Source of the DNA: Sulfolobus acidocaldarius DSM 639
GTDB taxonomy: Archaea; Thermoproteota; Thermoprotei_A; Sulfolobales; Sulfolobaceae
Length of the DNA stretch: 32,000 nucleotides
Direction of reading: 5' to 3'
Assembly (NCBI RefSeq): GCF_000012285.1
Contig: NC_007181.1
Coordinates: 1,050,001 to 1,082,000, forward strand
Each line of letters opens with the position of its first letter. The first letter of the stretch is position 1. The position numbers and the translations under genes were made by a program. Positions 8,408 to 19,001 of this stretch are shown piece after piece. The notes beneath the pieces were generated by a model that was not told the origin of the DNA, searched no databases, and saw nothing but the letters and a program-made list of their open reading frames with translations.

Positions 8408-9379
8408 ATGGTGAAAAAGATAAAAAAAGTAGTAGCTAGTGCTCCAGGAAAAGTTTTATGGATAGGTAGTTACTCCGTTGTCTTTGGAGGAATATCCCAT
8501 TCAATAGCAATCAATAAAAGAGTGAGAGCTGAATGTGAGTACTCTCCTTCAGACGATTCTTTATTCGAGACTAGTTACGGAGTCTTTAAGGGTAAAGGAA
8601 ATTCCTTAATCGAAAGTGTCATATCACAGTTCCCTAATTTACCAAAAGTTCATGTTAAGCTAATAAACGACAAAGACTTCCTGCTAGAGGGCAGAAAAAC
8701 AGGTTTAGGGAGCTCCTCTGCATCCACAGTTGCCTTAACTGCATGTTTGTATGCCCTAGTAAACGAAAATGTAGACTTGAACGAGATACACAAAATATCG
8801 CAAGTAGCAAACTATCAAAGACAAAGAGGTATAGGTAGTGGATTCGACATAGCTACCGCAGTTTATGGCTCAATAGTTTACAAGAGATTCACAGACATAC
8901 AAAATTTAGACACTTACATCGAGCCTCTTAGATTAGGGGATAAATACCAAATGGCATTGGCATTCATTGGGGAAAGTTATGATACTGTGAACTCCGTGGC
9001 GAAGTTCGTTGAAAAGAGAGATTTGGAACAGTTTAAGCAAATGATGAAATACATTGATGCTGAGAATTCATTTGCCATAAAATTATTGAAAGATAACAAA
9101 CTGGAACAGGCTGTAGAACACTTAAAGTTATCTAGACTCATGTTAGAGCAACTAGCTGAAAATGTGGTAGGCGTAAAAATAGAGAACGAAAAAACCATAG
9201 AGTTAAGGAGAATAGCTGAAAAGTATGATGCACTAATAGCAATGTCCCCCGGAGCTGGGGGCGAGTCAGTCTTCGCAATAGGTTATGATCTTTCAAGGGT
9301 TATAGAGGAGTGGAAGAAAATTAAAGGAATATATGTTATTAATTTGAAGGAAGACGAGGGGCTTAAGGTTGAAACTTGA
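8408..9379 (+). CDS. phosphomevalonate kinase (GHMP kinase family)
   Basis: The GHMP N-terminus is [15 protein letters not shown] and the ATP-binding motif is [11 protein letters not shown]. It sits immediately upstream of, and overlapping, the MVD gene. The ORF-track start at 8384 is TTG; I prefer ATG at 8408 (MVKKIKK...). Confidence 0.75.
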   Translation: MVKKIKKVVASAPGKVLWIGSYSVVFGGISHSIAINKRVRAECEYSPSDDSLFETSYGVFKGKGNSLIESVISQFPNLPKVHVKLINDKDFLLEGRKTGLGSSSASTVALTACLYALVNENVDLNEIHKISQVANYQRQRGIGSGFDIATAVYGSIVYKRFTDIQNLDTYIEPLRLGDKYQMALAFIGESYDTVNSVAKFVEKRDLEQFKQMMKYIDAENSFAIKLLKDNKLEQAVEHLKLSRLMLEQLAENVVGVKIENEKTIELRRIAEKYDALIAMSPGAGGESVFAIGYDLSRVIEEWKKIKGIYVINLKEDEGLKVET

Positions 9380-10346
9380 AGGAGAGGCTATTGCTCCTTC
9401 CAATATAGCAATAGTTAAATATTGGGGGAAAAGAGACGATAAACTAAATCTCCCTTTGAATTCCTCATTATCCATAAGCTTGGAGAAATTAGAAGTGAGG
9501 ACTAAGGTAACTGTTTCAGCCGATTTACAAAAGGACGAAATATACATAAATCAACAGAAGTTGAGAGAGGAAGAATTTGAAGAATATGGAGGGAGAGTTA
9601 TTAATATTTTCAGAGAGCTCTACGGTAAAAAATTCTCCGTAAAAGTTGAGTCCTACATGAATTTCCCTAAATCAGTCGGTTTAGCCTCGTCTGCAGCAGG
9701 TATAGCTGCATTAGTTTATGCGTTAAATGATGCATTAGGTTTGGGTTTAAGCCAAAGGGAATTATCCAAAATAGCCAGAATTGGATCAGGTAGTGCTTGT
9801 AGAAGCACGATTGGTGGATTTGTAATATGGGAAAAGGGTAGTCAGGAAGATGGGGAAGATTCATATTGTTATCAAATTTTTCCTGAGGATCACTGGGAAG
9901 ACCTAATAGATATTATTCCGCTAATTCAGTTGAAAGAGAAGAAGGTTTCCTCGAGGAAGGGGATGAAGAATACAGCCTTATCTTCTTCACTGATGGAGTG
10001 TAGACTTAAGTTTATTGAAGATACATTGCCTTTAGTTATAGATAGTATTAAGAAGAAGGACGAAAAAGAGTTCTATTATTGGACCATGAGGCATAGTAAT
10101 AGTATGCATGCTGTTATCCTTGATTCATGGCCATCGTTCTTTTATCTAAATGACACATCTTTCAAGATAATGGAATGGATACAAGAATTTGGAAATGCTG
10201 CTTACACTTTTGACGCCGGACCAAATCCACATATATTCACGACAAAGAAGCACCTTGATGAAATTACTCAGTATCTAAATAGTATAGGAATAAAGGATTA
10301 TATAATAACGAAAGTTGGAAGGGGACCTAGAGTTATTCGCAGTTAG
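9369..10346 (+). CDS. mvd: diphosphomevalonate decarboxylase
   Basis: 325 aa. Motifs are [23 protein letters not shown] and [10 protein letters not shown], all diagnostic MVD/GHMP motifs. The TTG start overlaps the PMK stop by 11 nt. Confidence 0.85.
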   Translation: MKLEGEAIAPSNIAIVKYWGKRDDKLNLPLNSSLSISLEKLEVRTKVTVSADLQKDEIYINQQKLREEEFEEYGGRVINIFRELYGKKFSVKVESYMNFPKSVGLASSAAGIAALVYALNDALGLGLSQRELSKIARIGSGSACRSTIGGFVIWEKGSQEDGEDSYCYQIFPEDHWEDLIDIIPLIQLKEKKVSSRKGMKNTALSSSLMECRLKFIEDTLPLVIDSIKKKDEKEFYYWTMRHSNSMHAVILDSWPSFFYLNDTSFKIMEWIQEFGNAAYTFDAGPNPHIFTTKKHLDEITQYLNSIGIKDYIITKVGRGPRVIRS

Positions 10347-11529
10347 ACAGGATCTCTTTATACTTCTTAATTCTGTCCTCTTCGCTTACATGGTAAACTA
10401 TTACAGCTTTTTTCAAATCCTTAACGGCAGTTATCAAGTTAGATACTTTAGATAACTCTTGGAGCTTACTTCCATCAAATATGTAGACAGCTTCCTTTTC
10501 TTCCTTATACGGAACATCAAAGAACTCATGATAAATGATCTTTCCGTCAGTTTCTCTGCTCAGATTTATTAGTTCATCTCTATCCACTCGATTTAGGCAT
10601 TCATTTATAACCTCTTTTTTTATCCTCCTGTATCCTTCCCTGTAAAGAAGGGCTCGTTTATATCTTTCATCTAACTTATCGAGCTTTGATAACACATTTA
10701 TATCCGTTATTTCCAAGAGTCTAGATAAATCCAATAACCCAGTTTGTATCATCTTAGCAATTGCATGAGATAGGATAGAATTATACATCCCTACAACGCT
10801 ATGGAAGTATACGTTTTCAAACATGTACATCCTTGCCAGTAGAAATTGTTCAACAATAGGTATAGCCTTCCTTAGAACTGCTATTCTACCGTCTACATAA
10901 ACTAAAACTCTCTTAAGTCTTTCAATGTCATAGGAGCCATACCCAACACCTGCATAGTATGAATCTCTCAATAAATAATCTCCTCTGTCGGCGTCAATGA
11001 AGTTTGAGATTATTTGTAACGCAAAGCGTTCCTCTTCACTTCTTACATTCTCCTCGAGCACGTTTGTCAGAAATTTTATTGGGTCGGAAATAGTGGAATC
11101 TTTTATGGCTTCCAATATAGAAGATAGGTTCTCCTGGATTATTTTAACTCCTATTTTAACGTGAGTCTTTTTGCCTTCATAAAATACGTCTTTAACACCA
11201 TATATCTCATTAGCAACTTGTAAAGCAGATTCGAAGGTGTGAGAAAAGGCTAAATGACCTATATCATGGAGTAACCCTGCTATTTTGACCAATCTTTCAT
11301 AACCAGGGGTGAAAAAGGGGGGTTTAACAAAACGTGCAAATTCTCCAGCTAACTGCATTACACCAAGACTATGTTCAAATCTGGAGTGTCTCATACCAGG
11401 ATAGACTAAATGTGCCATAGCATTCTGAGAAATTAATCTCAGCCTCTGAAATACTCTAGAGGAAACTATCTTTAGTATTTCGTCGTCTATTTCTATGTAA
11501 CCATGTATTGGATCTCTTATTAATTTCAC
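10333..11529 (-). CDS. HD-domain phosphohydrolase (dNTP triphosphohydrolase/SAMHD1-like)
   Basis: 398 aa. Motifs are [17 protein letters not shown] and [12 protein letters not shown], with a later DAD motif, as in dGTPase-like HD proteins. Confidence 0.85.
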   Translation of the reverse strand: MKLIRDPIHGYIEIDDEILKIVSSRVFQRLRLISQNAMAHLVYPGMRHSRFEHSLGVMQLAGEFARFVKPPFFTPGYERLVKIAGLLHDIGHLAFSHTFESALQVANEIYGVKDVFYEGKKTHVKIGVKIIQENLSSILEAIKDSTISDPIKFLTNVLEENVRSEEERFALQIISNFIDADRGDYLLRDSYYAGVGYGSYDIERLKRVLVYVDGRIAVLRKAIPIVEQFLLARMYMFENVYFHSVVGMYNSILSHAIAKMIQTGLLDLSRLLEITDINVLSKLDKLDERYKRALLYREGYRRIKKEVINECLNRVDRDELINLSRETDGKIIYHEFFDVPYKEEKEAVYIFDGSKLQELSKVSNLITAVKDLKKAVIVYHVSEEDRIKKYKEILSNCE

Positions 11530-11543
11530 GATATATTATTTTG

Positions 11544-12260
<717 letters not shown>

Positions 12261-12275
12261 TCAGACATTAGAAGG

Positions 12276-12283
12276 TTTTTATA
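12276..12283 (-). promoter_or_regulatory. TATA box for the nucleoside phosphorylase gene
   Basis: The minus strand reads TATAAAAA, centred about 26 nt upstream of ATG 12254. This is the spacing expected for a leaderless Sulfolobales transcript. Confidence 0.45.
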
Positions 12284-12399
12284 TCATTTGGTCAATACAG
12301 CCAGTGTTCATCATCTGTAAACAGAGTTCATATAGGCTTATATAAGCATTAGAATAAATTAGGATAATATTTAAAAAGTCATATTCAATACCTTATCTT

Positions 12400-12597
12400 A
12401 TGAAAGAAAGGGTTGTTGAAGCTAAAAGATTGGTGGGAAAGAAGACTGTAAGGGGAAAGACTTACGAATATGAATATTACACGTTACCGCTAAACTTATA
12501 CATACCAAAATCAATGGTTGAAAAACACGGTACAAAATATATGCTACAAGTAGATGAAGAATCTGGTACTATAACAATTAGACCTACTAAAGGTTAA
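12400..12597 (+). CDS. small AbrB/SpoVT-like DNA-binding protein (putative)
   Basis: 65 aa. The C-terminal half, LYIPKSMVEKHGTKYMLQVDEESGTITIRP, resembles the swapped-hairpin AbrB/MazE motif. Its 3' end overlaps the convergent GT4 gene by 11 nt. Confidence 0.45.
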   Translation: MKERVVEAKRLVGKKTVRGKTYEYEYYTLPLNLYIPKSMVEKHGTKYMLQVDEESGTITIRPTKG

Positions 12598-13921
12598 CAT
12601 TTTTACCATAGTCTTTCATCGCCTGTGCAAATATATCTTTGAGTTGATTAAAGGCGTATTCAACATTACATTTATTTACAGTATCTCTACTTAGCCTACT
12701 GTATTTATCCGGTTCTTTCAAGACAATATCTATTTTTTCAGCTAACTCTTCATAATTACCGCTCTTGAACACAAAACCGTTAGAACCATCAATTACTAGC
12801 TCACTTACCCCGGCACCACTACTCACTATAGCAGGCTTTTCAAAGAACCAACCTTCACACACAACGAGACCAAAACCCTCTATCCTTGATGGAAGGACAA
12901 TCACATCTGAAGCCTCATATATTGCATTCAACTCTTCGTCTGACACATGACCTGTAAATACAACCTTCTTGTCAACTCCTAAATTACTGGCTAGAGACTG
13001 AAGTTTTCTTACCCAATTACCAGCCTTATTTGTGCCCAATGCACCACTTGTGAAACTACCATTCCCCACGAGTAAAAGTTTAGCATTACTCTCCTTAATT
13101 TTCTTTAAAGCCATTATTGCTACATCTTGGCTTTTCATGGGATCCATTCTAGCCACTACAGTTATTACTTTTTCGTCTTTACCTATATTATATTTGGATT
13201 TTACCTTATCCACTTCACCTTTACTACCTCTTCTTAAAGTGCTAGTATCAATGAAAGGGTAAACTTGCCTGGCATTTATTTTGGCACCGATCCTCAGAAG
13301 ACCTTCTAAGTCTCTCTTAGTACTCAGTATAACATAATCATATCCCTCAAATGATCTTACAATAAAGTCCCTGATCCGTGGTGATAAATTTTCAGGCACA
13401 AATGGTATATGATACCAAAGTATTGCAGGTGCTGATGGACCAATTATACCTCCCACTAGTAATAGCTGAAAATCGTTTATGAAATATACATCACTGTCAT
13501 TGTGAAATTCAAGTAATTTTTTAGCTGAGATCCAGTTATAATCCGCGTAACTTATATATTCTGAAGGTTTAATCTCATATTTCTCTATTCCATGGCTTTC
13601 ATTATATATTCCCTCTTTATACCTAGTATAATTTTTAAGATTCTCAGGATCTAGATCTATAAAATCGAAAAGCCTCTGATCACCATATTTAACCTGAGGT
13701 GGATAACCAGGACCTAAAGAGACCCATCTAACCTTATTAAATTTGTTGATGAGGGATAACATCATCTTTGGTACTCCGCCTACAGAAAAGTAGTAATCAG
13801 AAGAGTCCAATTGACTCAACTCTATCGGTAGTTCAAAGAATCCATATTTATCCATTAAATCCCTGTAAGTATACCTGAATCTAACTGGCGGTGTCTGTGT
13901 ACTGATAGATACTGAGAACAT
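12587..13921 (-). CDS. GT4-family glycosyltransferase; candidate unusual trehalose-6-phosphate synthase
   Basis: 444 aa. The C-terminal GT-B retaining motif is LPSRIEGFGLVVCEGWFFEKPAIVS (E-x7-E type). It is divergent from a GH15 gene. I recall a GT4-type TPS (Saci_1249) next to trehalase TreH2 in S. acidocaldarius. Confidence 0.8.
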   Translation of the reverse strand: MFSVSISTQTPPVRFRYTYRDLMDKYGFFELPIELSQLDSSDYYFSVGGVPKMMLSLINKFNKVRWVSLGPGYPPQVKYGDQRLFDFIDLDPENLKNYTRYKEGIYNESHGIEKYEIKPSEYISYADYNWISAKKLLEFHNDSDVYFINDFQLLLVGGIIGPSAPAILWYHIPFVPENLSPRIRDFIVRSFEGYDYVILSTKRDLEGLLRIGAKINARQVYPFIDTSTLRRGSKGEVDKVKSKYNIGKDEKVITVVARMDPMKSQDVAIMALKKIKESNAKLLLVGNGSFTSGALGTNKAGNWVRKLQSLASNLGVDKKVVFTGHVSDEELNAIYEASDVIVLPSRIEGFGLVVCEGWFFEKPAIVSSGAGVSELVIDGSNGFVFKSGNYEELAEKIDIVLKEPDKYSRLSRDTVNKCNVEYAFNQLKDIFAQAMKDYGKNVNL

Positions 13922-13957
13922 AAACTAATTTACTCTTTCAGTAGTTATATTCTTTTA

Positions 13958-15688
13958 ATGAATTACGCCTTACTTTCAAACGGCATAACAACTGCACTAG
14001 AGAAGGAAGGAAGTATAGAGTGGTTTCCAGTTCCCAAATTCGATTCTCCATCTGTTTTTACAAAGATATTAGATGAAGATAAAGGAGGATACTTCCTTAT
14101 AACTCCTGAAAAATTCAACAAAGTTAAACAACAGTATGTAGAATACTCACTGATACTCAGAACTGAATTCGATGATGGCAATCTTATACTGATAGATTTT
14201 CTGCCCCTATCCTTACCGGCAATTATAAGATTATATGAGGCTAAAGTACCATTTAATGTTGAAGTTAAGCCATTATTCAATTATGGTCTAGTAAATGCCG
14301 GCACAGAAACAAGAAAAGATGGAATAATTTATAAAAATCCGGAGTCTAAGGAAGGATTAGAACTATTGATAAATGGAGATTATAAAATAATTTCACCTTA
14401 CCGCATTACAGTAAATAGTGGAAAGGGTTACCTATACCTACTATATTCCAGAGATCTCAGATACGGTTTATTTAGTCAGAAAGGCTTTGTATACTCTGAA
14501 CCGTATGAGGCATACTCAAAATTACTCTACTATTCTAGAAAAGAACTGGAAAGAGCTAGAAAACCTAGCATATATGAGAATGCTTTCTATAGATCCTTAT
14601 CAGTGATTTTAGGCTTAATATATAAGCCTTCAGGAGGAATAATTGCTTCACCTACTACGTCTATTCCTGAAATAGTTGGTGACGAACGAAATTGGGATTA
14701 CAGATATGTCTGGGTTAGGGACTCTTCCTATGCTATAGAAGCCCTAGTGAAAGCCAATCTATTAACACATGCCAGACGAGCTTTAGACTTTTTAACAAAC
14801 CTACTTGATCCATCCTCAAAAAGCTTTGACCACCCCTTTTACTCTGTTGACGGAACACCACCACCTGCAGAAGAGAATTTGGACTGGTTAAGTGGGTTCA
14901 TGAATAGTAAACCGGTTAGAATTGGAAATGCTGCTTATCTTCAGATTCAGATGGATATTGAGGGAGCCTACATGAATGCGTTATACGAATACTATAAAAG
15001 GACACTTGATAAGGATTATATTTCATCTATTTTCTGGGCTGTTGAGGCAATATCAGACTGGGTTTCTTCTTCATGGAGAGGGGAAAGTACAGATATATGG
15101 GAAGAGAGAGGAATCAGTAGGCATTACACTCACACAAAATTAATGTCCTGGGTTGCTTTAGACAGAGCATCAAAATTGGCAAAAGATTTAGGTTATAATA
15201 AATTATTCGAGGAATGGAAGTCCAGAGCTAATGAGATAAAGATAGACATACTGAATAATGGGGTTAAGGACAATCATCATTTCGTGAGATATTACGGAGG
15301 AGATGAAATAGACGCTGCGTTGTTGACCCTACCAATATATGATTTCATACCAGCAACAGATACTCTCTTCATGAACACTTTGAAGAAGATAGATGAAGAA
15401 CTCAGGGTCGCAGATGGATTATATTTGAGGTATAAAAAAGATTTCATGGGATTGGCAAAGAATCCATTCACGTTAGTTACAACATGGATGGCTAGGGTTT
15501 ATATCAGATTGAAAGAATTTGACAGAGCTAGATGGTTACTTGAAACTCTGATAAAGTGTAATCAGGACTTAGGACTTATAGGAGAACATGTGGATCCTGA
15601 AACTTGTGAGGCAAGAGGCAATTATCCTCATTTGTTCCCCCATTCTGGAATGGTATTAAGTATACTGGAGTTTGATGAAGTAAGATAA
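13958..15688 (+). CDS. GH15-family glycoside hydrolase (glucoamylase/trehalase type)
   Basis: 576 aa. Motifs are NWDYRYVWVRDSSY and DIWEERG (catalytic-acid region), with an (alpha/alpha)6-barrel C-terminal half. Archaeal GH15 enzymes of this size include trehalases. Confidence 0.9.
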   Translation: MNYALLSNGITTALEKEGSIEWFPVPKFDSPSVFTKILDEDKGGYFLITPEKFNKVKQQYVEYSLILRTEFDDGNLILIDFLPLSLPAIIRLYEAKVPFNVEVKPLFNYGLVNAGTETRKDGIIYKNPESKEGLELLINGDYKIISPYRITVNSGKGYLYLLYSRDLRYGLFSQKGFVYSEPYEAYSKLLYYSRKELERARKPSIYENAFYRSLSVILGLIYKPSGGIIASPTTSIPEIVGDERNWDYRYVWVRDSSYAIEALVKANLLTHARRALDFLTNLLDPSSKSFDHPFYSVDGTPPPAEENLDWLSGFMNSKPVRIGNAAYLQIQMDIEGAYMNALYEYYKRTLDKDYISSIFWAVEAISDWVSSSWRGESTDIWEERGISRHYTHTKLMSWVALDRASKLAKDLGYNKLFEEWKSRANEIKIDILNNGVKDNHHFVRYYGGDEIDAALLTLPIYDFIPATDTLFMNTLKKIDEELRVADGLYLRYKKDFMGLAKNPFTLVTTWMARVYIRLKEFDRARWLLETLIKCNQDLGLIGEHVDPETCEARGNYPHLFPHSGMVLSILEFDEVR

Positions 15689-15708
15689 ACAGAAAGGAAC
15701 ATATATTT

Positions 15709-16101
15709 TCACTTACTATTGAATCGTCTCTCGACTCCTTTTCTCGAGCTGACAAAATCCAATATCCAGTTGATGATGTAGAGTACTGGAAATAAATAAA
15801 ATCCCAAGATCATTAAGATATCGACGGATACGAGATACATAGAACTATCAAAAAGCTGTATCAAGGCTCTGTCATGAGCTGGCGAAAATGATGATACTAG
15901 GATACCTAAAATTGCTAGAACAAACCCAACGTTTATTGCAAACCTACTTATCCTCACAAGATATGACATAATGAATAGAACCACTACCAGGGTAAACGTC
16001 GCTACTGACAAAAATACCGGCACTACTTTATACAGTAAATAACCTCCAACCAGTAGTGATAGACCTGAGCCTATAAGATAGTAAGTATAAAATTGTCTCA
16101 T
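15709..16101 (-). CDS. small integral membrane protein (4 TM), function unknown
   Basis: 130-aa ORF with four long hydrophobic segments. I recognise no motif. Confidence 0.6.
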   Translation of the reverse strand: MRQFYTYYLIGSGLSLLVGGYLLYKVVPVFLSVATFTLVVVLFIMSYLVRISRFAINVGFVLAILGILVSSFSPAHDRALIQLFDSSMYLVSVDILMILGFYLFPVLYIINWILDFVSSRKGVERRFNSK

Positions 16102-16193
16102 ATTCCTATTTGTCTTAGGGAAACCTAAAAATTATGACTATTGACAAAAAGCTCATTCAAAACTTTTTTGCTGTCTAATATAAAAAATAATTA

Positions 16194-16739
16194 ATGGTAG
16201 TAGCCTATAAGTTGTCAAATGGTTTAGAGGTTATCCTGGAAAATGGAGATATAACAAAAGTAGAAGCAGACGCAATTGTGAATGCGGCAAACTCTTATCT
16301 TAGTCATGGCGGAGGAGTAGCTCTTGCAATTGTAAGAAGTGGGGGTTATATAATACAGGAGGAAAGTGATGAGTATGTTAGAAGAAATGGACCAGTTCCT
16401 GTCGGAGAAGTCGCTGTTACTACAGCAGGTAAATTGAAAGCAAGATACGTTATCCATGCAGTAGGACCTAGATATGGAATAGAGGGTGATGATAAGTTGG
16501 AGTCAGCAATAAGGAGAAGTTTAGAGAAAGCTGATGAGCTTAAACTCTCTAGTATAGCGTTGCCTGCAATATCTACAGGAATTTATGGCTACCCATATGA
16601 AATATGCGCTAGAATAATGAGTAAGGTGATGAAAGAGTATAAGCCTAAATTCCTAAAAAGGATACTGGTAGTGGTTTACGGCGATCAAGCTTATTCTGTG
16701 TTCAAAAAAGTTTTTGATAATAGTTTATATATGAACTAA
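16194..16739 (+). CDS. macro-domain protein (ADP-ribose binding/hydrolase, AF1521-like)
   Basis: 181 aa. Motifs are [22 protein letters not shown] and ISTGIYGYP, which are canonical macro-domain motifs. Confidence 0.9.
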   Translation: MVVAYKLSNGLEVILENGDITKVEADAIVNAANSYLSHGGGVALAIVRSGGYIIQEESDEYVRRNGPVPVGEVAVTTAGKLKARYVIHAVGPRYGIEGDDKLESAIRRSLEKADELKLSSIALPAISTGIYGYPYEICARIMSKVMKEYKPKFLKRILVVVYGDQAYSVFKKVFDNSLYMN

Positions 16740-16755
16740 ACACTAAACTTATTTT

Positions 16756-17550
16756 ATGGTTAAAATAACGAAGAAAATTAACATTATTCCCGGAAGTCCG
16801 AATACATTAATTTATGATGGACGCATAGTTATAGATCGAAATAACCCAGAAATTCAAGGAGAAGTTCAATTGGCTACACATGGGCATGCAGACCATATTT
16901 CAGGCTTACTCTCCAATGCAAAAGTAAAATATCTACCAAAGGAGGAATATTGGTCAATAACGTTGCAAGGCAGGAGAATGCTCACTTATGGGTGTACCTC
17001 TTTAAATTCAGAGATATTTAGCTATGATTACGTAAAAGAGAATCTAGTTGATCTAACAGCAGATTATAAGGATTCTGAGGTAGAGAGTATTAAACTCCCT
17101 GGACATACACCAGGGCATACAGGGTACATAGTTGATAATGTACTATATGCAGGTGATACATTTTTTGGTGAAAGAGTCCTACAGAACTTTTCAGTGCCTT
17201 TTTACATAGATTTCTGGTCTGCCTTAGATAGCATACAAAAAATAAAGGAAATAAGTAAGAGTGTGGAGAATGTTGTTATAAGTCATGGACCAATATTTAG
17301 TCTCAATAAAATGATAAAACTAATCGATTATAATATTGAATATAATAATAAGTTAGTTGAAAGAGTAAAAGAATTAATCTCCACCGAAGAAATGACGTCA
17401 GAAGAAATTGCAATAAGGCTAAAGCCTGATATTTCAGCTACAGGAGTTCTTTTAAACAGTATTACTATAAAATCCATGTTGTTAGGACTAGAGAATATTG
17501 AATATAAAGTAACACCTAAAGGTCTAGTATTTAGGAAGAAAGTCCATTAA
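16756..17550 (+). CDS. MBL-fold metallo-hydrolase with C-terminal winged-helix-like tail
   Basis: 264 aa. The H-x-H-x-D-H motif is ATHGHADHISG, followed later by GHTPGH. It starts 16 nt after the macro gene. Confidence 0.85.
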   Translation: MVKITKKINIIPGSPNTLIYDGRIVIDRNNPEIQGEVQLATHGHADHISGLLSNAKVKYLPKEEYWSITLQGRRMLTYGCTSLNSEIFSYDYVKENLVDLTADYKDSEVESIKLPGHTPGHTGYIVDNVLYAGDTFFGERVLQNFSVPFYIDFWSALDSIQKIKEISKSVENVVISHGPIFSLNKMIKLIDYNIEYNNKLVERVKELISTEEMTSEEIAIRLKPDISATGVLLNSITIKSMLLGLENIEYKVTPKGLVFRKKVH

Positions 17551-17594
17551 ATATTAGGGCAAAAATAAAACTGTAGGATACTCATTTTGAAATC

Positions 17595-18164
17595 GTGACG
17601 ATAATAGAAAAAAGAATTTTTCAGTTAATGAAGGAAGCCGTGGAGGAGATGGAAAAGTATGGATCGTGTCAAAGTGCGTATTATATGTTAAAGTATATAC
17701 TTTCTCAAATTAATGATCATATACAAAGCTTTCCAGATTATGATATACCATTAGATAATTTAATTCTCCTATCCTTTAACGAGACTTTAGAGGAAAAGAA
17801 GTATAAATTTTTCGTAAAAACCTTCTTAGTTTATGATTATTTGAGCACGAAATATACGGTTCAAGATCCCATTTTCATTTTCAGATGGGGAAAACTGTAC
17901 TTTATTTACAGTCCAAGAATTGATGCGCATCTTTCCTTACTAGAAAAAAACAGCTTTTTAACATGTCATAAATTCCAGTTGAAATTGACGAGAAGAGGAA
18001 AAGAAGAAAGAGAAAATATAATCCAAAACTTATCAGATTATGATTTAAATAAAATAAATGAACTGGATAAACAGATAGAAGAGTTTAAGTTGCAAGACCT
18101 TAAAATATTTATGAAAAAATACTTATTCGAAAAGGGTAATAATTATAGTACTATAATGGAGTAG
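17595..18164 (+). CDS. hypothetical protein (no recognisable domain)
   Basis: 189-aa ORF with a GTG start, 44 nt after the MBL gene on the same strand. Codon usage and composition are similar to the neighbouring genes. Confidence 0.5.
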   Translation: MTIIEKRIFQLMKEAVEEMEKYGSCQSAYYMLKYILSQINDHIQSFPDYDIPLDNLILLSFNETLEEKKYKFFVKTFLVYDYLSTKYTVQDPIFIFRWGKLYFIYSPRIDAHLSLLEKNSFLTCHKFQLKLTRRGKEERENIIQNLSDYDLNKINELDKQIEEFKLQDLKIFMKKYLFEKGNNYSTIME

Positions 18165-18373
18165 ATTTTATAATTTGAAAAGTAAATTATATTCCTTGTT
18201 TTTAGATATATAACTAGTAACTCATTGAAATGTTAAAGTTCTCCTTCCCCTTCTATGACCAAAAAATGATTATCTTTACATATAAATTGATAACGCCTTA
18301 AAGTTATTTAATTAATTACATAAATTCTTCCACAAACAATAGCTTTATAATTTACTTCGTCAAGTAAATTCCT

Positions 18374-18949
18374 ATGTCACACATAAAGATACTTGGTATA
18401 CCTGGAAGTATAAGAAAGAACTCGTATAACAAACTACTACTAAAAGCCACCTTAAATCTTTTACCACAAGGAGTTGAAATGGAAATATTTGAAGACATAA
18501 GCCAAATTCCTCCATTTAATCAAGATGAGGAAAACAACCCTCCACAGGTTGTAAAAGATCTAAAAAGAAAAATCAGAGAGAGCGACGCTATCTTATTTGC
18601 TACGCCAGAATATAATAGGTCAATACCTGGAGTATTAAAGAATGCAATAGATTGGGCTTCCAGACCTTATATGGATAACTCCTTTAACGGAAAAGTCGCT
18701 GCAATAATGAGTGCCTCGATAGGAATGCTTGGAGGAGCTTTAGCACATTATCACCTAAAACAGATCCTATCATTCCTGAATGTAAATGTAGTAACTGGGC
18801 CAGAAGTATTCGTAAGTTTTGCACAACAAAAATTTGACGAAAATGGAAATCTTGTAGACGAAAACTCTAAAAAATTTATATCTCAATTGCTAACTAACCT
18901 TGTGGATTATGTAAAGATGGTAAAAAGTAAACAGGTAGTAAGTTTATAA
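18374..18949 (+). CDS. NAD(P)H-dependent FMN reductase family protein
   Basis: 191 aa. Motifs are ILGIPGSIRKNSYN, ATPEYNRSIPGVLKNAIDWASRP, diagnostic of the flavodoxin-like FMN_red family. Confidence 0.85.
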   Translation: MSHIKILGIPGSIRKNSYNKLLLKATLNLLPQGVEMEIFEDISQIPPFNQDEENNPPQVVKDLKRKIRESDAILFATPEYNRSIPGVLKNAIDWASRPYMDNSFNGKVAAIMSASIGMLGGALAHYHLKQILSFLNVNVVTGPEVFVSFAQQKFDENGNLVDENSKKFISQLLTNLVDYVKMVKSKQVVSL

Positions 18950-19001
18950 GTTAATTTTTGTGGAAAAGGGTTCAATATTCTATTTTTCTTCCATAACTTA
19001 A

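Noticed and set aside
12261-12314. Second C/D-box-like arrangement on the minus strand: ATGATGA, a 12-nt spacer ACACTGGCTGTA, TTGA, CCAA, ATGATAT, a 16-nt spacer, then CTGA. It ends 6 nt before the nucleoside phosphorylase ATG.
   Set aside because: The putative C' box and spacer coincide with a textbook TATAAAAA box placed 26 nt upstream of ATG 12254. The flanks cannot form a terminal stem. A promoter is the more economical explanation, although small-RNA-seq could revisit this.
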